DNA from: Prochlorococcus sp. MIT 0801
GTDB lineage: Bacteria > Cyanobacteriota > Cyanobacteriia > PCC-6307 > Cyanobiaceae
Length of the DNA: 32,000 nucleotides
NCBI RefSeq assembly: GCF_000757865.1
Contig: NZ_CP007754.1
Coordinates: 570,001 to 602,000, forward strand
Direction of reading: 5' to 3'
The notes under the pieces were generated by a model that ran no database searches, was not told the origin of the DNA, and saw only the letters and a list, made by a program, of their open reading frames with translations. The translations under genes were made by a program, and so were the position numbers. Of the stretch, positions 18,109-28,753 are shown piece after piece (position 1 is the first letter of the stretch; each line of letters opens with the position of its first letter).

Positions 18109-19891
18109 TTTTCGAAGAGTTAAGAAACTTGGAAAGTATTTAAAAAAAGAAAAAAAACGTTTAATTCTCATACTTATAATATTAATACCTGTTGCATTAG
18201 CTGGTTCGGTTCAACCCCTTCTTGTGGGGCAAGCTATTTCTGTCTTAAGAGGAGAAAATACAATAGCTTTTTTTAATAATTTGTCTAATGAATTAGCAAT
18301 TAATTTAATAATAGGAATGTTATTTATAACAGTATTACTTAGGCTTGGATTACAGGGATTTCAGTCATACAATATTCAGTCTGTAGGGCAGAGACTGACG
18401 GCACGTATTAGGAACGATTTGTTTGCTCATTCCATGTCATTGTCTTTGCGTTTTCATGACAAAATGCCTGTTGGTAAATTACTTACAAGATTAACTAGTG
18501 ATGTTGATGCATTGTCAGAAGTTTTTGGTAGTGGAGCTGTAGGTGTTTTAGCTGACTTTGTAAGTCTTATAGTTATATCAATAACCATGATTTTAATAGA
18601 ATGGAGGTTAGGTCTTCTCCTTTTGATTGTTCAAATACCTGTTACGTTATTTATCTTGTGGCTTCAAAAACGTTATCGAAAACAAAATTATAAAGTTAGA
18701 GAAGAACTTTCCCAGTTAAATGCAAATTTTCAGGAAAATCTGCAAGGCCTAGAAGTTGTTCAAATGTTTAGTCGACAATCGTTAAATGGCCAAAACTTTT
18801 TCAAAACTGGAACTAATTATAAACATGCCGTAAACGGGACAATTTTCTACGATAGTAGCATTTCTGCTTTTATTGAATGGGTCTCACTAGCTGCAGTCGC
18901 TTTAGTTATTTCTCTAGGTGGTTATATGGTTACATCAGGGGCAATGGGATTAGGAACTTTAACTACATTTATTCTTTATTCACAAAGACTATTTGAACCT
19001 TTAAGACAGTTAGCAGAAAGATTTACACAAATACAGGGAGGGTTAACAGCAGTTGAAAGAATAAGTGAATTGCTTGAGAAGAAAATCGAGATTTATGATC
19101 ATATTAAGCATAAAGCTGAAAATAAAGAATTATCAAATTCAAATAAGACTGTTCTTGGAGAAGTTTTATTTGAAAATGTAAGTTTTTTTTATAGAGAAGA
19201 TGAACCAATTATAAATGATTTAAGCTTCAAAATTAAACCAGGCGATCATGTTGCTCTGGTAGGACCAACTGGTTCTGGAAAAACTACTTTAATTAGATTA
19301 TTATGTAGACTTTATGAACCTCAGAAGGGAAATATATATATAGATGGTCAAAACATTAAAAGTATCCCTATCGATTCATTGAGGAAACAACTTGGAGTTG
19401 TTCTTCAAGATACTTTCCTTTTTAGCGGAAATGTTGCAGATAATCTACGTTTAGATTCTTCAATAGATAATCAACGCTTAAAAGATGTATGTAGTGAATT
19501 AGGCCTTGATAATTTACTGAGAAAGTTGCCAAATGGTTTAGATACTTATATTCGAGAAAGAGGAGGAAATCTTTCCTCAGGTGAGAGACAGCTTTTGTCT
19601 ATCGCAAGAGTTGCAATAAGAGATCCAAAAATATTAATCATGGATGAAGCAACTGCTTTTATGGATCCATCTACTGAGGCAACTTTGCAAAGAGATCTTG
19701 ATAGATTATTAGAAAAAAGGACAGCACTTGTGATTGCTCATAGATTGGCAACAATAGAAGCTTCTGATCGAATCTTAGTAATGAGAAAAGGAAGTCTTAT
19801 TGAAGAAGGTACCCATGAAGAATTGAGGACTTTAGGTGGACTTTATTCGCAACTTTCAGAATTGCAAGAAAAAGGTCTCACAACTATTTAA
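18095..19891 (+). CDS. ABC exporter, fused permease/ATPase (MsbA/MdlB-like)
   Basis: Six-TM-type N-terminal domain followed by Walker [10 protein letters not shown], signature LSSGERQ and Walker B ILIMDEAT. The start is moved to the ATG at 18095 ([12 protein letters not shown]), which overlaps the hisG end by 14 nt. Confidence 0.9.
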   Translation: MAKNDFRRVKKLGKYLKKEKKRLILILIILIPVALAGSVQPLLVGQAISVLRGENTIAFFNNLSNELAINLIIGMLFITVLLRLGLQGFQSYNIQSVGQRLTARIRNDLFAHSMSLSLRFHDKMPVGKLLTRLTSDVDALSEVFGSGAVGVLADFVSLIVISITMILIEWRLGLLLLIVQIPVTLFILWLQKRYRKQNYKVREELSQLNANFQENLQGLEVVQMFSRQSLNGQNFFKTGTNYKHAVNGTIFYDSSISAFIEWVSLAAVALVISLGGYMVTSGAMGLGTLTTFILYSQRLFEPLRQLAERFTQIQGGLTAVERISELLEKKIEIYDHIKHKAENKELSNSNKTVLGEVLFENVSFFYREDEPIINDLSFKIKPGDHVALVGPTGSGKTTLIRLLCRLYEPQKGNIYIDGQNIKSIPIDSLRKQLGVVLQDTFLFSGNVADNLRLDSSIDNQRLKDVCSELGLDNLLRKLPNGLDTYIRERGGNLSSGERQLLSIARVAIRDPKILIMDEATAFMDPSTEATLQRDLDRLLEKRTALVIAHRLATIEASDRILVMRKGSLIEEGTHEELRTLGGLYSQLSELQEKGLTTI

Positions 19892-19904
19892 TTAGTATTA
19901 ATTT

Positions 19905-20447
19905 ATGATTAATTTAGGATCTACAAAAATTGGAATGCCAGGATGGAAAAATGAAAAACTTCTTTCTGATGAAACTTTGAAAAATATTTACGGTCAACAA
20001 GCTTTTCAATATTTTAATCAAACCAATTCATCTCTCTTTGTATTTAGTCATTCAAAATCTTTTGATTTAATTGAACTTGAGCAGCTTCTTCAAGCAGTAG
20101 GTTGGGGAAGAAGACCTCTGAGAAGAGTAAAACGTGCACTCGATAATAGCTTGCTTAAGGTTGGGGTATGGCAACATGATCCTAAATTTCCAAGGTTGAT
20201 TGGATTTGCAAGATGTACAGGTGACGGAATTATTGACGCAACAATATGGGATGTGGCTATTAACCCTGTTTATCAAGGTTATGGATTAGGAAAGCAACTT
20301 ATGGAATATTTAATGAAGAGTTTAAAAAGAGAAGGTATTAGTAGAGTAACTTTATTTGCTGATTCTGATGTTATTACTTTTTATAAAAGGCAAGGGTGGA
20401 CTTTAGAGCCAAAAGGTAATAAATGTGCATTTTGGTATTCAAATTAA
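19905..20447 (+). CDS. GNAT family N-acetyltransferase
   Basis: 180-aa ORF with an acetyl-CoA binding motif region (INPVYQGYGLGKQLMEYL). Substrate unknown. Confidence 0.8.
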   Translation: MINLGSTKIGMPGWKNEKLLSDETLKNIYGQQAFQYFNQTNSSLFVFSHSKSFDLIELEQLLQAVGWGRRPLRRVKRALDNSLLKVGVWQHDPKFPRLIGFARCTGDGIIDATIWDVAINPVYQGYGLGKQLMEYLMKSLKREGISRVTLFADSDVITFYKRQGWTLEPKGNKCAFWYSN

Positions 20448-20470
20448 TCGGTTAGATAGGGATAAGACAA

Positions 20471-21175
20471 TCATGAATTATATTCTTTTGAAAGATAATC
20501 TATGTCACAACCCTGACGCCACTTATTTCTTAATTTAGCATTTTTAATTGCACGTTTTATTATATTTGAATTAGTCCACTTTATATCATCTGTATATATA
20601 TTTTCTCTTATACGCTTTACCTTAGTCTTTTTAGTAATTCTTGTTATCAAGTCGATATCTTCCATTATTTTCAAAGAAGAATAACCTCCTGTATTGGAAT
20701 AGAGATCTTTATGTATTAGTAGGCCTTGATCTCCATAAGGATGTTGTAAAAAATGACTTCTTAGTGCTACTGCTATTTCTAAGAATCTGAATTCTAAATT
20801 ATGTTTTTTGATTTTAAAGTCAAAATACCATGCAAAATTTTCTGACTTTTTATTTTGTATTATTTTAGATAAACTTTTAACCCAACCTATTCTTAATCTA
20901 CTGTCGGCATGTAGAAATAAAAGCCAATCTCCTCTTGCATTTGATGCACCTGTTTTTAATTGATAGCCTCTATTCTTTTTACTGCTTTTAATAACATCTA
21001 TTCCTTGTATTTGTGCAATCGAAATAGTTAAATCTATACTTCCTCCATCAACTATGATTAATTCAAAATTATATGGCCATTCATTTAAATCAGCAAGAAG
21101 AAGAGGGAGGTGATCCGCTTCATTTAAAGTTGGTATGATGATGCTGAGAGTCGGAATTTTTTGTAATCTAGCCAT
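20471..21175 (-). CDS. family 2 glycosyltransferase (the type usually paired with DUF2064 genes)
   Basis: 234-aa ORF. The N-terminal LSIIIPTLNEADHL and the DGGS and HAD motifs are typical of GT2. Confidence 0.85.
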   Translation of the reverse strand: MARLQKIPTLSIIIPTLNEADHLPLLLADLNEWPYNFELIIVDGGSIDLTISIAQIQGIDVIKSSKKNRGYQLKTGASNARGDWLLFLHADSRLRIGWVKSLSKIIQNKKSENFAWYFDFKIKKHNLEFRFLEIAVALRSHFLQHPYGDQGLLIHKDLYSNTGGYSSLKIMEDIDLITRITKKTKVKRIRENIYTDDIKWTNSNIIKRAIKNAKLRNKWRQGCDIDYLSKEYNS

Positions 21176-21855
21176 GGTGACAAATCCATAATATTATCAA
21201 GATCATTTTTAGTTTGAAGAAGTTGATAATCTATTTGATTTAAGGATGCTAGTCGAATAGTTTCTTTTAGGACTTTATCGCTTCCCCAACTGATTCCAGA
21301 AAATAGCCAGGCACATAAAGGATTTAAAAGTTTATTGGATAGACCTATAAGCCAGTATCCTCCATCTTTTGAAGGACCTAAAACCATTTCTTTGTGATTA
21401 AGTATTTGAATAGCTTGAATTAATTCAAAATGTGATATTGATGGTAAATCACTTCCAATAATTAAGATAGGATTTCGAATTTGGTGAGAAAGATTTTTTT
21501 TAGAATGAGTCTTTAAAAACTGTCTTTTCATTTTTGTTCCTAGGTTGCCAGGCCCTTGAATCTCAACCGTTTTGATTTCATTTAATGCGGCCCATTTTTT
21601 TGCGGCTTTAATCCCAATTCCATCGATTGCAACTTTTATATCTGCAAGACCTTCTTTTTGAATCTCTTTGGCAACGTTAATTGTGTGATTTGTTAGTTTC
21701 TCTTGTATCTTTGCTGCTTTAAAAGCCCCTATATCCTTTGCTAATCGGCTTTTACATCTAAATATCGCGTGCCATTTTGTCATTAAAACAATAGTTGGTT
21801 TGCTATTTGCATAAAGTTTTTTTGTATTTTCTGCTTTACTGATAACCAGATTCAT
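21124..21855 (-). CDS. DUF2064 family protein (nucleotidyltransferase/GT-A-like fold)
   Basis: 243-aa ORF with CKSRLAKDIG...AA, GPSKDGGYWLIGLS and ISWGSDKVL, matching the DUF2064 pattern (KTRL..., DGGYyLiG, WGt..V). Its 3' end overlaps the GT2 start by 52 nt. Confidence 0.75.
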   Translation of the reverse strand: MNLVISKAENTKKLYANSKPTIVLMTKWHAIFRCKSRLAKDIGAFKAAKIQEKLTNHTINVAKEIQKEGLADIKVAIDGIGIKAAKKWAALNEIKTVEIQGPGNLGTKMKRQFLKTHSKKNLSHQIRNPILIIGSDLPSISHFELIQAIQILNHKEMVLGPSKDGGYWLIGLSNKLLNPLCAWLFSGISWGSDKVLKETIRLASLNQIDYQLLQTKNDLDNIMDLSPWLDYKKFRLSASSYQL

Positions 21856-22079
21856 AGCTATTCATCTCAAAACATTCTATGTTTTTGAAGCTTAAGTTAC
21901 TATTCATTGCATCAGATTAAATTTTGTTCTGAAAAAAATAAATTTACACTTGCATTTATCTTCCTAATCAATTGCAATAGTTGCGTTTTGGGATAATGCA
22001 TTAAAAATTCTACAACTGGATTCCAAAATTTAAGAATGACTCATTAAGGTTTTTAGCTACACTCGTATTCCATTAAGTA

Positions 22080-23480
22080 ATGCCTGTGCCAACTCGGAAT
22101 GAGCTATGGACGAAGGTGCAGGAATTACTGCAAAAGAATTTAAGTAAGCCTTCATACGAAACATGGATACGTCCGGCTGAATTTTTTGATTTCAAGGATG
22201 GATGCTTGACTTTGCTTGCTCCAAATAGTTTCTCAAGTGATTGGTTAAGGAAAAATTACTCTCAAACAATTGAGGAGATTGCATCAGAGATCTTTGGCCA
22301 TGAAGTTAAAGTATACATAAAAGTTAAGGAAGAGTTTTCATCAAACAAAAGCAATAAGAAAAAGACTTTTTCAAATGTAGAAACTAATTCTATTGCCACT
22401 AGTGAGAATTCCGACATTAAATCTAAACAAACTCCAATAAAAAAATTTTTACCGAGTTTGAATCTTCGATATGTTTTTAATAGATTTGTTGTTGGTCCTA
22501 ATAGTCGGATGGCTCACGCTGCAGCAATGGCAGTAGCTGAGGCCCCTGGTCGGGAATTTAATCCGTTATTTATTTGTGGGGGAGTTGGCTTAGGTAAAAC
22601 ACATCTAATGCAATCTATAGGTCATTACCGGTTGGAAATCGATCCAGGAGCAAAGGTTGCATATGTTTCTACTGAGACCTTTACCAATGATTTAATAGTT
22701 GCAATCAGGAAAGATGGAATGCAAGCTTTCAGAAATAGATATAGAGAAGCTGATTTGATTTTGGTTGACGATATTCAATTTATAGAAGGTAAGGAATATA
22801 CTCAGGAAGAATTCTTCCATACATTTAATGCTTTGCACGAGGCAGGCAGGCAAATTGTCCTTACAAGTGATAGGCCTCCAAGTCAAATACCTCGTTTACA
22901 AGAACGATTGATTTCAAGATTTTCAATGGGACTAATTGCAGATATCCAAGCGCCCGATTTGGAGACGAGAATGGCAATATTACAAAAAAAAGCTGAGCAT
23001 GAAAGAATGCGTTTGCCAAGAGATTTGATTCAGTTTATTGCTGGACGATTCACTTCTAATATAAGAGAGTTAGAGGGAGCGTTTACTCGTGCTGTCGCAT
23101 TTGCCTCTATAACTGGGTTGCCAATGACAGTGGAATCAGTAGCACCAATGCTTGATCCTACTGGACAAGGAGTAGAAGTTAAGCCTAAGCAAGTACTAGA
23201 AAAAGTAGCTGAGGTTTTTGGAGTTACCGAGGAGGAAATGCGTAGTCCAAGTAGACGTAGGCCTGTTAGTCAGGCAAGACAGGTAGGTATGTATTTAATG
23301 CGCCATGGGACAGATTTAAGTCTTCCTCGTATTGGAGAATCTTTTGGGGGGAAAGACCATACAACAGTTATGTATGCTATTGAACAAGTAGAAAAAAAAT
23401 TATCAAGTGAGCCACAATTAGCAAGTCAAGTTCAGAAAGTTAAGGATCTTCTTCAGATCGATTCACGAAAACGTCGTTGA
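22080..23480 (+). CDS. dnaA: chromosomal replication initiator protein DnaA
   Basis: 466-aa ORF with an AAA+ Walker A ([10 protein letters not shown]), a Walker B (LILVDDIQF) and the C-terminal DNA-binding domain ([11 protein letters not shown]). Confidence 0.97.
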   Translation: MPVPTRNELWTKVQELLQKNLSKPSYETWIRPAEFFDFKDGCLTLLAPNSFSSDWLRKNYSQTIEEIASEIFGHEVKVYIKVKEEFSSNKSNKKKTFSNVETNSIATSENSDIKSKQTPIKKFLPSLNLRYVFNRFVVGPNSRMAHAAAMAVAEAPGREFNPLFICGGVGLGKTHLMQSIGHYRLEIDPGAKVAYVSTETFTNDLIVAIRKDGMQAFRNRYREADLILVDDIQFIEGKEYTQEEFFHTFNALHEAGRQIVLTSDRPPSQIPRLQERLISRFSMGLIADIQAPDLETRMAILQKKAEHERMRLPRDLIQFIAGRFTSNIRELEGAFTRAVAFASITGLPMTVESVAPMLDPTGQGVEVKPKQVLEKVAEVFGVTEEEMRSPSRRRPVSQARQVGMYLMRHGTDLSLPRIGESFGGKDHTTVMYAIEQVEKKLSSEPQLASQVQKVKDLLQIDSRKRR

Positions 23481-23516
23481 ATTTAATATTTGATAGTGAG
23501 AGGGATTTTATATTTG

Positions 23517-24758
23517 TTAATTAAACTGTATGGGATTTTGATCTAACCTATTTCGTGTAGGTATTTCAGGACCTAGATCACTACCATCAATACTTGCTGT
23601 GCGTTCAAGAGCTTGTCTAAATAATCTCCCTGATAATAAAGGCATATCTCTTGGCACTGAAATTCTATCTCGGAGGTAACGTAATGCAGAGGCACTATTC
23701 TCCTCTGGACGGCAATTTTCTTTTGAAATCATAGAAGTTAAGGCTGCTCTCAATGGCTGATCAAATAATTTATTTTTCATTGGGCTTACAGAGATGATCC
23801 TTTCTTTATGTTTGATAACTCTTTCTAAAGCTAATGCCTCAAATTGTTGTTCCGGTTCTTGATCAACTTTAAAATCTACTAGTTCTAATTGCCCTAATCC
23901 AGAACCTATATCAATTTCTTGGGCAAATAATTGTTGGTTTTTATTTGAATAAGTAAAGCAACCTCCCATTTGAGGAGGTAAATCATGAGCATGAGTATGA
24001 AAATCTCCTTGAGTCCCTCTATACTCATCAAGTTTTTCAAGATTTTTAAGCCACATATTTATAAAAGGGTGCTCATCTCTCAATGAGTATCCTTTGTAGT
24101 AAGCCAATGAGGCATTCATTCTTTCAACATATGGGATGAAAATTACATCTGCTGATCCAGGCTTTTCACCATTCTCTGTTGAGACAGGTGTTAGCCACCC
24201 TGAAGCATTGTTTTGTAGTTCTTTTTCAAATTTAGTTGCAACATTTTTGAAATTCTCTTTCTTTTGTTCTTCCTGGGCTTGGAAAAGAGAGTTGCGACAT
24301 AACCAATTACACCATGATGAAAATAGTTCTCTTTCAAGTCTCCTCTGCTCTAAGACTTTCTTCTCATTCAGAGATTGACCTAAAGAACCATAAATTTCTT
24401 CTAACACAAATAGGATCTCATCACTTTCTTTGATTACATGATTTTCAATTTCTATTGCAGGGAGCATACCTGAGGGTACTTTTTTTAAATACCATCTTTC
24501 CTTTTCTCCGTAGCAACGCATAGTGACTTTTTTAATCCGGTAAGGAATTCTTTTAAGCTCTAACCAAATCCAAACTTTTTGGCAATAAGGACACCAAGCA
24601 TGATTGTCTCTGTAAAGAGTAACAATTGCCTCGGACTCATTTTTATTAAAAAGACGAAGTGAGGAATAGGGGTTGTTTAACCCATTGATTTGATCAGTTG
24701 GATCGGCTGCATATATTGCTAATTCTTCCCAACTCATTGCATTTCTGGTTCGATTCAT
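23517..24758 (-). CDS. glutathione S-transferase-like protein with a glutaredoxin-type CPYC motif
   Basis: 413-aa ORF. The N-terminal thioredoxin-fold region VTLYRDNHAWCPYCQKVWIWLE...LPAIEI...ESDEIL is followed by a long helical domain. An alternative start at Met8 (24737) is possible. Confidence 0.7.
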   Translation of the reverse strand: MNRTRNAMSWEELAIYAADPTDQINGLNNPYSSLRLFNKNESEAIVTLYRDNHAWCPYCQKVWIWLELKRIPYRIKKVTMRCYGEKERWYLKKVPSGMLPAIEIENHVIKESDEILFVLEEIYGSLGQSLNEKKVLEQRRLERELFSSWCNWLCRNSLFQAQEEQKKENFKNVATKFEKELQNNASGWLTPVSTENGEKPGSADVIFIPYVERMNASLAYYKGYSLRDEHPFINMWLKNLEKLDEYRGTQGDFHTHAHDLPPQMGGCFTYSNKNQQLFAQEIDIGSGLGQLELVDFKVDQEPEQQFEALALERVIKHKERIISVSPMKNKLFDQPLRAALTSMISKENCRPEENSASALRYLRDRISVPRDMPLLSGRLFRQALERTASIDGSDLGPEIPTRNRLDQNPIQFN

Positions 24759-24799
24759 TTATTTCAACGAGAATAGGGAAATAATACTAGGTTGCAAAA

Positions 24800-26161
24800 T
24801 TGAAAAGCTCTTTTGATTTGATTGTCATTGGTGCAGGATCCGGTGGATTAGCTGCTGCAAAGAAAGCAGCCAGTTATGGAGCATCTGTAGCGATCGTTGA
24901 GGGCGATCTTGTCGGAGGAACGTGTGTAATAAGAGGATGCGTTCCTAAAAAATTATTAGTCTGTGGCTCTTCTCTCTTGGAGAGTTTTTTGTCTGCAACA
25001 TCTTATGGCTTTAATTTTGATGATTTAAAGATCAATTCAGAAGTTTTATTAGCTAATGTTCGGAAGGAAGTGCAAAGGCTGAATGAATTACACGAGAATT
25101 TTTTAAATAAAGCTAATGTTGAGCTTTTTAAAGGTTGGGGTGAGTTTAGAAATTCAAATTGTGTTGCAGTAAAAGATCGAAAAAATGGAGAGACTTTAAA
25201 TGAACTTTATGGAGAGAGAATTTTGATTGCAGTGGGAGGCAGACCTAAAAGACCAAGCATAGAGGGGGCATCTTTAGGTTGGACAAGTGATGATATGTTT
25301 CTTCTTAAGAGCTTTCCGAAAAAAATTACAATTGTTGGTGCAGGCTATATTGCTTGCGAATTTGCATGCATACTGCACGGTTTAGGTGTTGAGGTTACTC
25401 AACTAGTACGAGGTGACCAGATTTTAAGAGGGTTTGACTTTGAACTGTCTTCAGCATTAACCGAGGCAATGAAAAATAAAGGAGTTAACATAAGCTTTGG
25501 CGAGAATGTTTCATCACTAAAAGGAACTCCTGGATCTTTAACTATAAAAACAAATGCAGGTAAAGAGTTTGACTCGAATGGATTGCTTTTCGCTACTGGT
25601 AGAGAGCCATTTTTAGATGGGTTGAAGTTAGAACAAGCGGGTATAGAAATTCTTGAAAATAAAATTAAAGTTGATAGTGAAGGTAAAACAAATATTTCTA
25701 ATATCTTTGCTATTGGAGATGTAACTGACAGGATCAACTTGACACCTGTCGCAATTGATGAGGGTAGAAAGTTTGCTGATAGAAATTATGGCGAATCAGA
25801 TCATAAGGTTAATTATAATTTTGTTCCTTATGCTGTATTTAGTCAACCTGAAATAGCTTCTGTGGGCATGACTGAAGAGAAGGCTATCCAGTCGATGGGT
25901 AAAGATAACATTAAAGTATATAGATCAATATTTAGACCCTTATCTAAATCATTGCCAAAGACTGGCTCTAAATGTATTTTAAAGCTAATAGTTGATAAAA
26001 ATGATAATAAGGTTTTGGGATGTCACATGATTGGTGATAATGCATCTGAAATTATTCAGATGGCATCAATCTCTCTAATGCTAGGGGCTAAAAAATCTGA
26101 CTTTGATAATACAATGGCATTGCATCCTACGATAGCCGAGGAATTCGTAACAATGAGATGA
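24800..26161 (+). CDS. gor: glutathione-disulfide reductase
   Basis: 453-aa ORF with a TTG start. It has an FAD motif (VIGAGSGG), the redox-active GGTCVIRGCVPKK and a C-terminal HPT..EE dimerisation/His-Glu motif. Confidence 0.92.
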   Translation: MKSSFDLIVIGAGSGGLAAAKKAASYGASVAIVEGDLVGGTCVIRGCVPKKLLVCGSSLLESFLSATSYGFNFDDLKINSEVLLANVRKEVQRLNELHENFLNKANVELFKGWGEFRNSNCVAVKDRKNGETLNELYGERILIAVGGRPKRPSIEGASLGWTSDDMFLLKSFPKKITIVGAGYIACEFACILHGLGVEVTQLVRGDQILRGFDFELSSALTEAMKNKGVNISFGENVSSLKGTPGSLTIKTNAGKEFDSNGLLFATGREPFLDGLKLEQAGIEILENKIKVDSEGKTNISNIFAIGDVTDRINLTPVAIDEGRKFADRNYGESDHKVNYNFVPYAVFSQPEIASVGMTEEKAIQSMGKDNIKVYRSIFRPLSKSLPKTGSKCILKLIVDKNDNKVLGCHMIGDNASEIIQMASISLMLGAKKSDFDNTMALHPTIAEEFVTMR

Positions 26162-26174
26162 TTTAGATAAGGCA

Positions 26175-27269
26175 TTAGTTATTAGAACTTTTTCTTAGTC
26201 TTAGCCAGTAAACAATTGTTTTGTATATAATTATTGTTATTGATAATGATATAGCTATAAAAACTAATTCTTTGAATGCTGTATGTAAAGTTGGTAGAGT
26301 TAGAGGTATTATTTTGTCTGCAATGTAAAGCATATACAATCCTAATAAAACGCCACCTTCTCCTCTACTTATTATTCCTTTTGTCCAAAAAATTGGCATG
26401 CACGCAAGTGTAGTAATTACCATTATAGGAATATCCTTAGTTATTAGTAAATTCTCAACCACTAAACCACTGCCTCCAGATAATACAGAACAGCTACCTA
26501 AAACTAGTAATTGATTTAATAAACAACTTCCAATTACGTTGCCTATCGCTAAGTCAGTTTGACCACGAAGAGCGGCCACTAATGACGTGATTAACTCAGG
26601 TAAAGAAGTGCCCAGTGAAACTATCGTTAATCCAATTATAGCTTCGCTTACCCCTAACAATCCTGCAATTGTAGATGCGCCTTCTATTAAAAGTCGTGAT
26701 CCAAGTGTTAGCAAGAAAATACCACCTAATAATTTCACGCCTGCATTGAATAAACTTGTTGAGTCTTTTTCTATATTGATTTCTGGCTCTGCTTCTTGGG
26801 TTCTTTGAGGTTCCTCTCTTGCTGTGCGAATTTCCCAAGTGGTATTTATTATTAGCGCAACTATTAAAGCTATTCCAAATTGCCAAGTTATCAGCTCTGA
26901 AGCGGCCATCCCCCAAACGGCAGTTGAGACTGCTAAAAGAAGAGGAATGTCTCTTCTTACAAGACGACTTTCAACTCTTAAAGGTCGTAAAAGAGCACTT
27001 CCTCCAAGAACTACCATCACATTGAAAATATTGCTGCCAACAATATTGCTCAAAGCTAGACTATCTGATCCATTTAGGGAGGAGTTGACACTCACAAATA
27101 GTTCAGGTGCACTTGTCCCGAGAGATACGATTGTTAAACCAATGACTAGTTGAGGAATCCCCAGGATTAAGGCTAAAGCTACAGATCCTTGAATAAAGAA
27201 CTCTCCACCGCTAAAAAGTAAAAGTATCCCAGCAACTAGCTCTAAAAATGACAATAATATTGATGGCAT
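26175..27269 (-). CDS. CaCA-family cation/Ca2+ antiporter (YrbG-like Na+/Ca2+ exchanger)
   Basis: 364-aa polytopic ORF with two alpha-repeat motifs (GTSAPELFVS and GTSLPELITS). Confidence 0.88.
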   Translation of the reverse strand: MPSILLSFLELVAGILLLFSGGEFFIQGSVALALILGIPQLVIGLTIVSLGTSAPELFVSVNSSLNGSDSLALSNIVGSNIFNVMVVLGGSALLRPLRVESRLVRRDIPLLLAVSTAVWGMAASELITWQFGIALIVALIINTTWEIRTAREEPQRTQEAEPEINIEKDSTSLFNAGVKLLGGIFLLTLGSRLLIEGASTIAGLLGVSEAIIGLTIVSLGTSLPELITSLVAALRGQTDLAIGNVIGSCLLNQLLVLGSCSVLSGGSGLVVENLLITKDIPIMVITTLACMPIFWTKGIISRGEGGVLLGLYMLYIADKIIPLTLPTLHTAFKELVFIAISLSITIIIYKTIVYWLRLRKSSNN

Positions 27270-27416
27270 AATTGAGTGATTTATTGAGAAACTAAATTAG
27301 TGAATTAATTTATATTATTTCATTTGGTATTATCTTAATATCTTAGCCCTTTATTGATACTTGAAGACTTATAGATCAAGGTTGCATAAGATATACATGG
27401 AAAAATCTTTAATCCT

Positions 27417-28481
27417 GTGATTGCCTCTGTTAATCAAATCTCATTATTAAAGCCGGATGATTGGCATCTGCATTTGAGAGATGGAAAGATTCTTAAAGGT
27501 GTTTTAAGTCATACAGCAGATGTGTTTTGCCGTGCAATCATCATGCCTAACCTTGATCCGCCAATAACTACTTTAAGCCAAGCACAAGAGTATAAAAAAA
27601 GAATTATCCAGTCTATCCCTGAAGGTGTTTCTTTTACCCCATTAATGACAGCATATCTTACAGATGATATGCCTGCGAATGTCTTAGAGAGAGGCTTTAG
27701 AGAAGGTGTCTTTCATGGGGCAAAGCTCTATCCAGCTAATGTGACAACTAATTCTTCTTATGGGGTTACAGATATAAGTAAAATCGGCAATTTATTTGAG
27801 ACGATGGAAAGAATTGGTATGCCGTTATTAATTCATGGAGAAGTGACCGATTGCAATGTTGATGTATTTGATAGAGAAGCTGTTTTTATTGAGCGTCACC
27901 TTGAACCACTATTACGAACATTTTCATCACTTAAAGTGGTTTTAGAACACATCACGACCACAGATGCAATTGACTTTGTAGAAAATAGTGAGTTTGATAT
28001 AGCCGCTACAATTACTCCTCATCATCTACATATCAATCGAAACGCAATGTTCGATGGTGGTTTAAGGAGTGATTTTTATTGCTTACCCACAGCTAAACGT
28101 GAAATCCATCGTATTGCTCTAAGACAAGCTGCTACTAGCGGTAAACCTTGCTTTTTCCTTGGAACTGATTCAGCACCTCATACTCGTAGATTTAAGGAAA
28201 GTTCATGTGGATGTGCAGGAATCTTTAATGCCCCTTTCGCTTTGGAAAGCTATTTAAAAGTTTTCGAAGAAGAAAATGCCCTAGCTAGGTTTGAAGCTTT
28301 TTCGAGTATTAATGGAGCAACTTTTTATGGATTACCTTTAAATACAGAGAGAATAACTTTAGTTAAAAAAGATATTTCCGTACCGAAAATGATTGATGTC
28401 GGACTAGATGGTGATCCCAATGACTTTGTAAAACCATTTCATTCAGGAGAAACTCTTGACTGGGCCATATGGGATGTTTAG
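27417..28481 (+). CDS. pyrC: dihydroorotase (class II, homodimeric type)
   Basis: 354-aa ORF with a GTG start. The N-terminal PDDWHLHLRDG metal-binding motif sits at the same offset as in E. coli PyrC. Confidence 0.92.
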   Translation: MIASVNQISLLKPDDWHLHLRDGKILKGVLSHTADVFCRAIIMPNLDPPITTLSQAQEYKKRIIQSIPEGVSFTPLMTAYLTDDMPANVLERGFREGVFHGAKLYPANVTTNSSYGVTDISKIGNLFETMERIGMPLLIHGEVTDCNVDVFDREAVFIERHLEPLLRTFSSLKVVLEHITTTDAIDFVENSEFDIAATITPHHLHINRNAMFDGGLRSDFYCLPTAKREIHRIALRQAATSGKPCFFLGTDSAPHTRRFKESSCGCAGIFNAPFALESYLKVFEEENALARFEAFSSINGATFYGLPLNTERITLVKKDISVPKMIDVGLDGDPNDFVKPFHSGETLDWAIWDV

Positions 28482-28622
28482 TGAGATTGGTTAATGATTC
28501 TTCCAATAATAATTTAACTCTAGATATTCTTAAGAGTACTGATTCAAGCACATACGTTTACGCTAATATATTAATGGCTTAGAGTTGGTTCTCTAGCATT
28601 GTGATAATCCTTGCTATCACTG

Positions 28623-28709
28623 GGGAGTGTGGCGGAATTGGTAGACGCACCAGACTTAAAATCTGTTGGCCGCTTTTTGGCCGTGGGGGTTCAAGTCCCC
28701 CCACTCCCA
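28623..28709 (+). tRNA. trnL: tRNA-Leu (anticodon UAA), class II, no intron, CCA not encoded
   Basis: Folded by hand. Acceptor stem GGGAGTG/CACTCCC. Anticodon loop CTTAAAA. Long variable arm GGCC-GCTTTTT-GGCC. T-arm GGGGG-TTCAAGT-CCCCC. Discriminator A at 28709. The track ORF 28601-28981 runs through it spuriously. Confidence 0.93.
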
Positions 28710-28753
28710 TGATGTTTTCTATCTCGATTGTGCGTTTAATCCCTTTTGGATTA

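Noticed and set aside
21856-22079. oriC / DnaA-box cluster upstream of dnaA.
   Set aside because: I found no match to TTATCCACA or the cyanobacterial TTTTCCACA in the spacer; the best hits are 6 of 9. The one close match in the window (ATATCCACA near 31883-31891) is isolated inside the sigma-factor gene. A genome-wide GC-skew and box search would be decisive.
26587-27153. Four 68-109-aa ORFs overlapping the CaCA antiporter gene.
   Set aside because: These are shadow frames of a membrane-protein gene with no independent signals. The antiporter frame carries the two diagnostic GTS.PEL alpha-repeats.
28655-28661. Group I intron in trnL(UAA), common in cyanobacteria and plastids.
   Set aside because: The anticodon loop is continuous and the whole tRNA folds within 87 nt. 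No insertion is present.
28601-28708. N-terminal 36 codons of the track ORF 28601-28981.
   Set aside because: This stretch is the tRNA-Leu(UAA) gene read as protein. The real CDS (ndhL) starts downstream of the tRNA.
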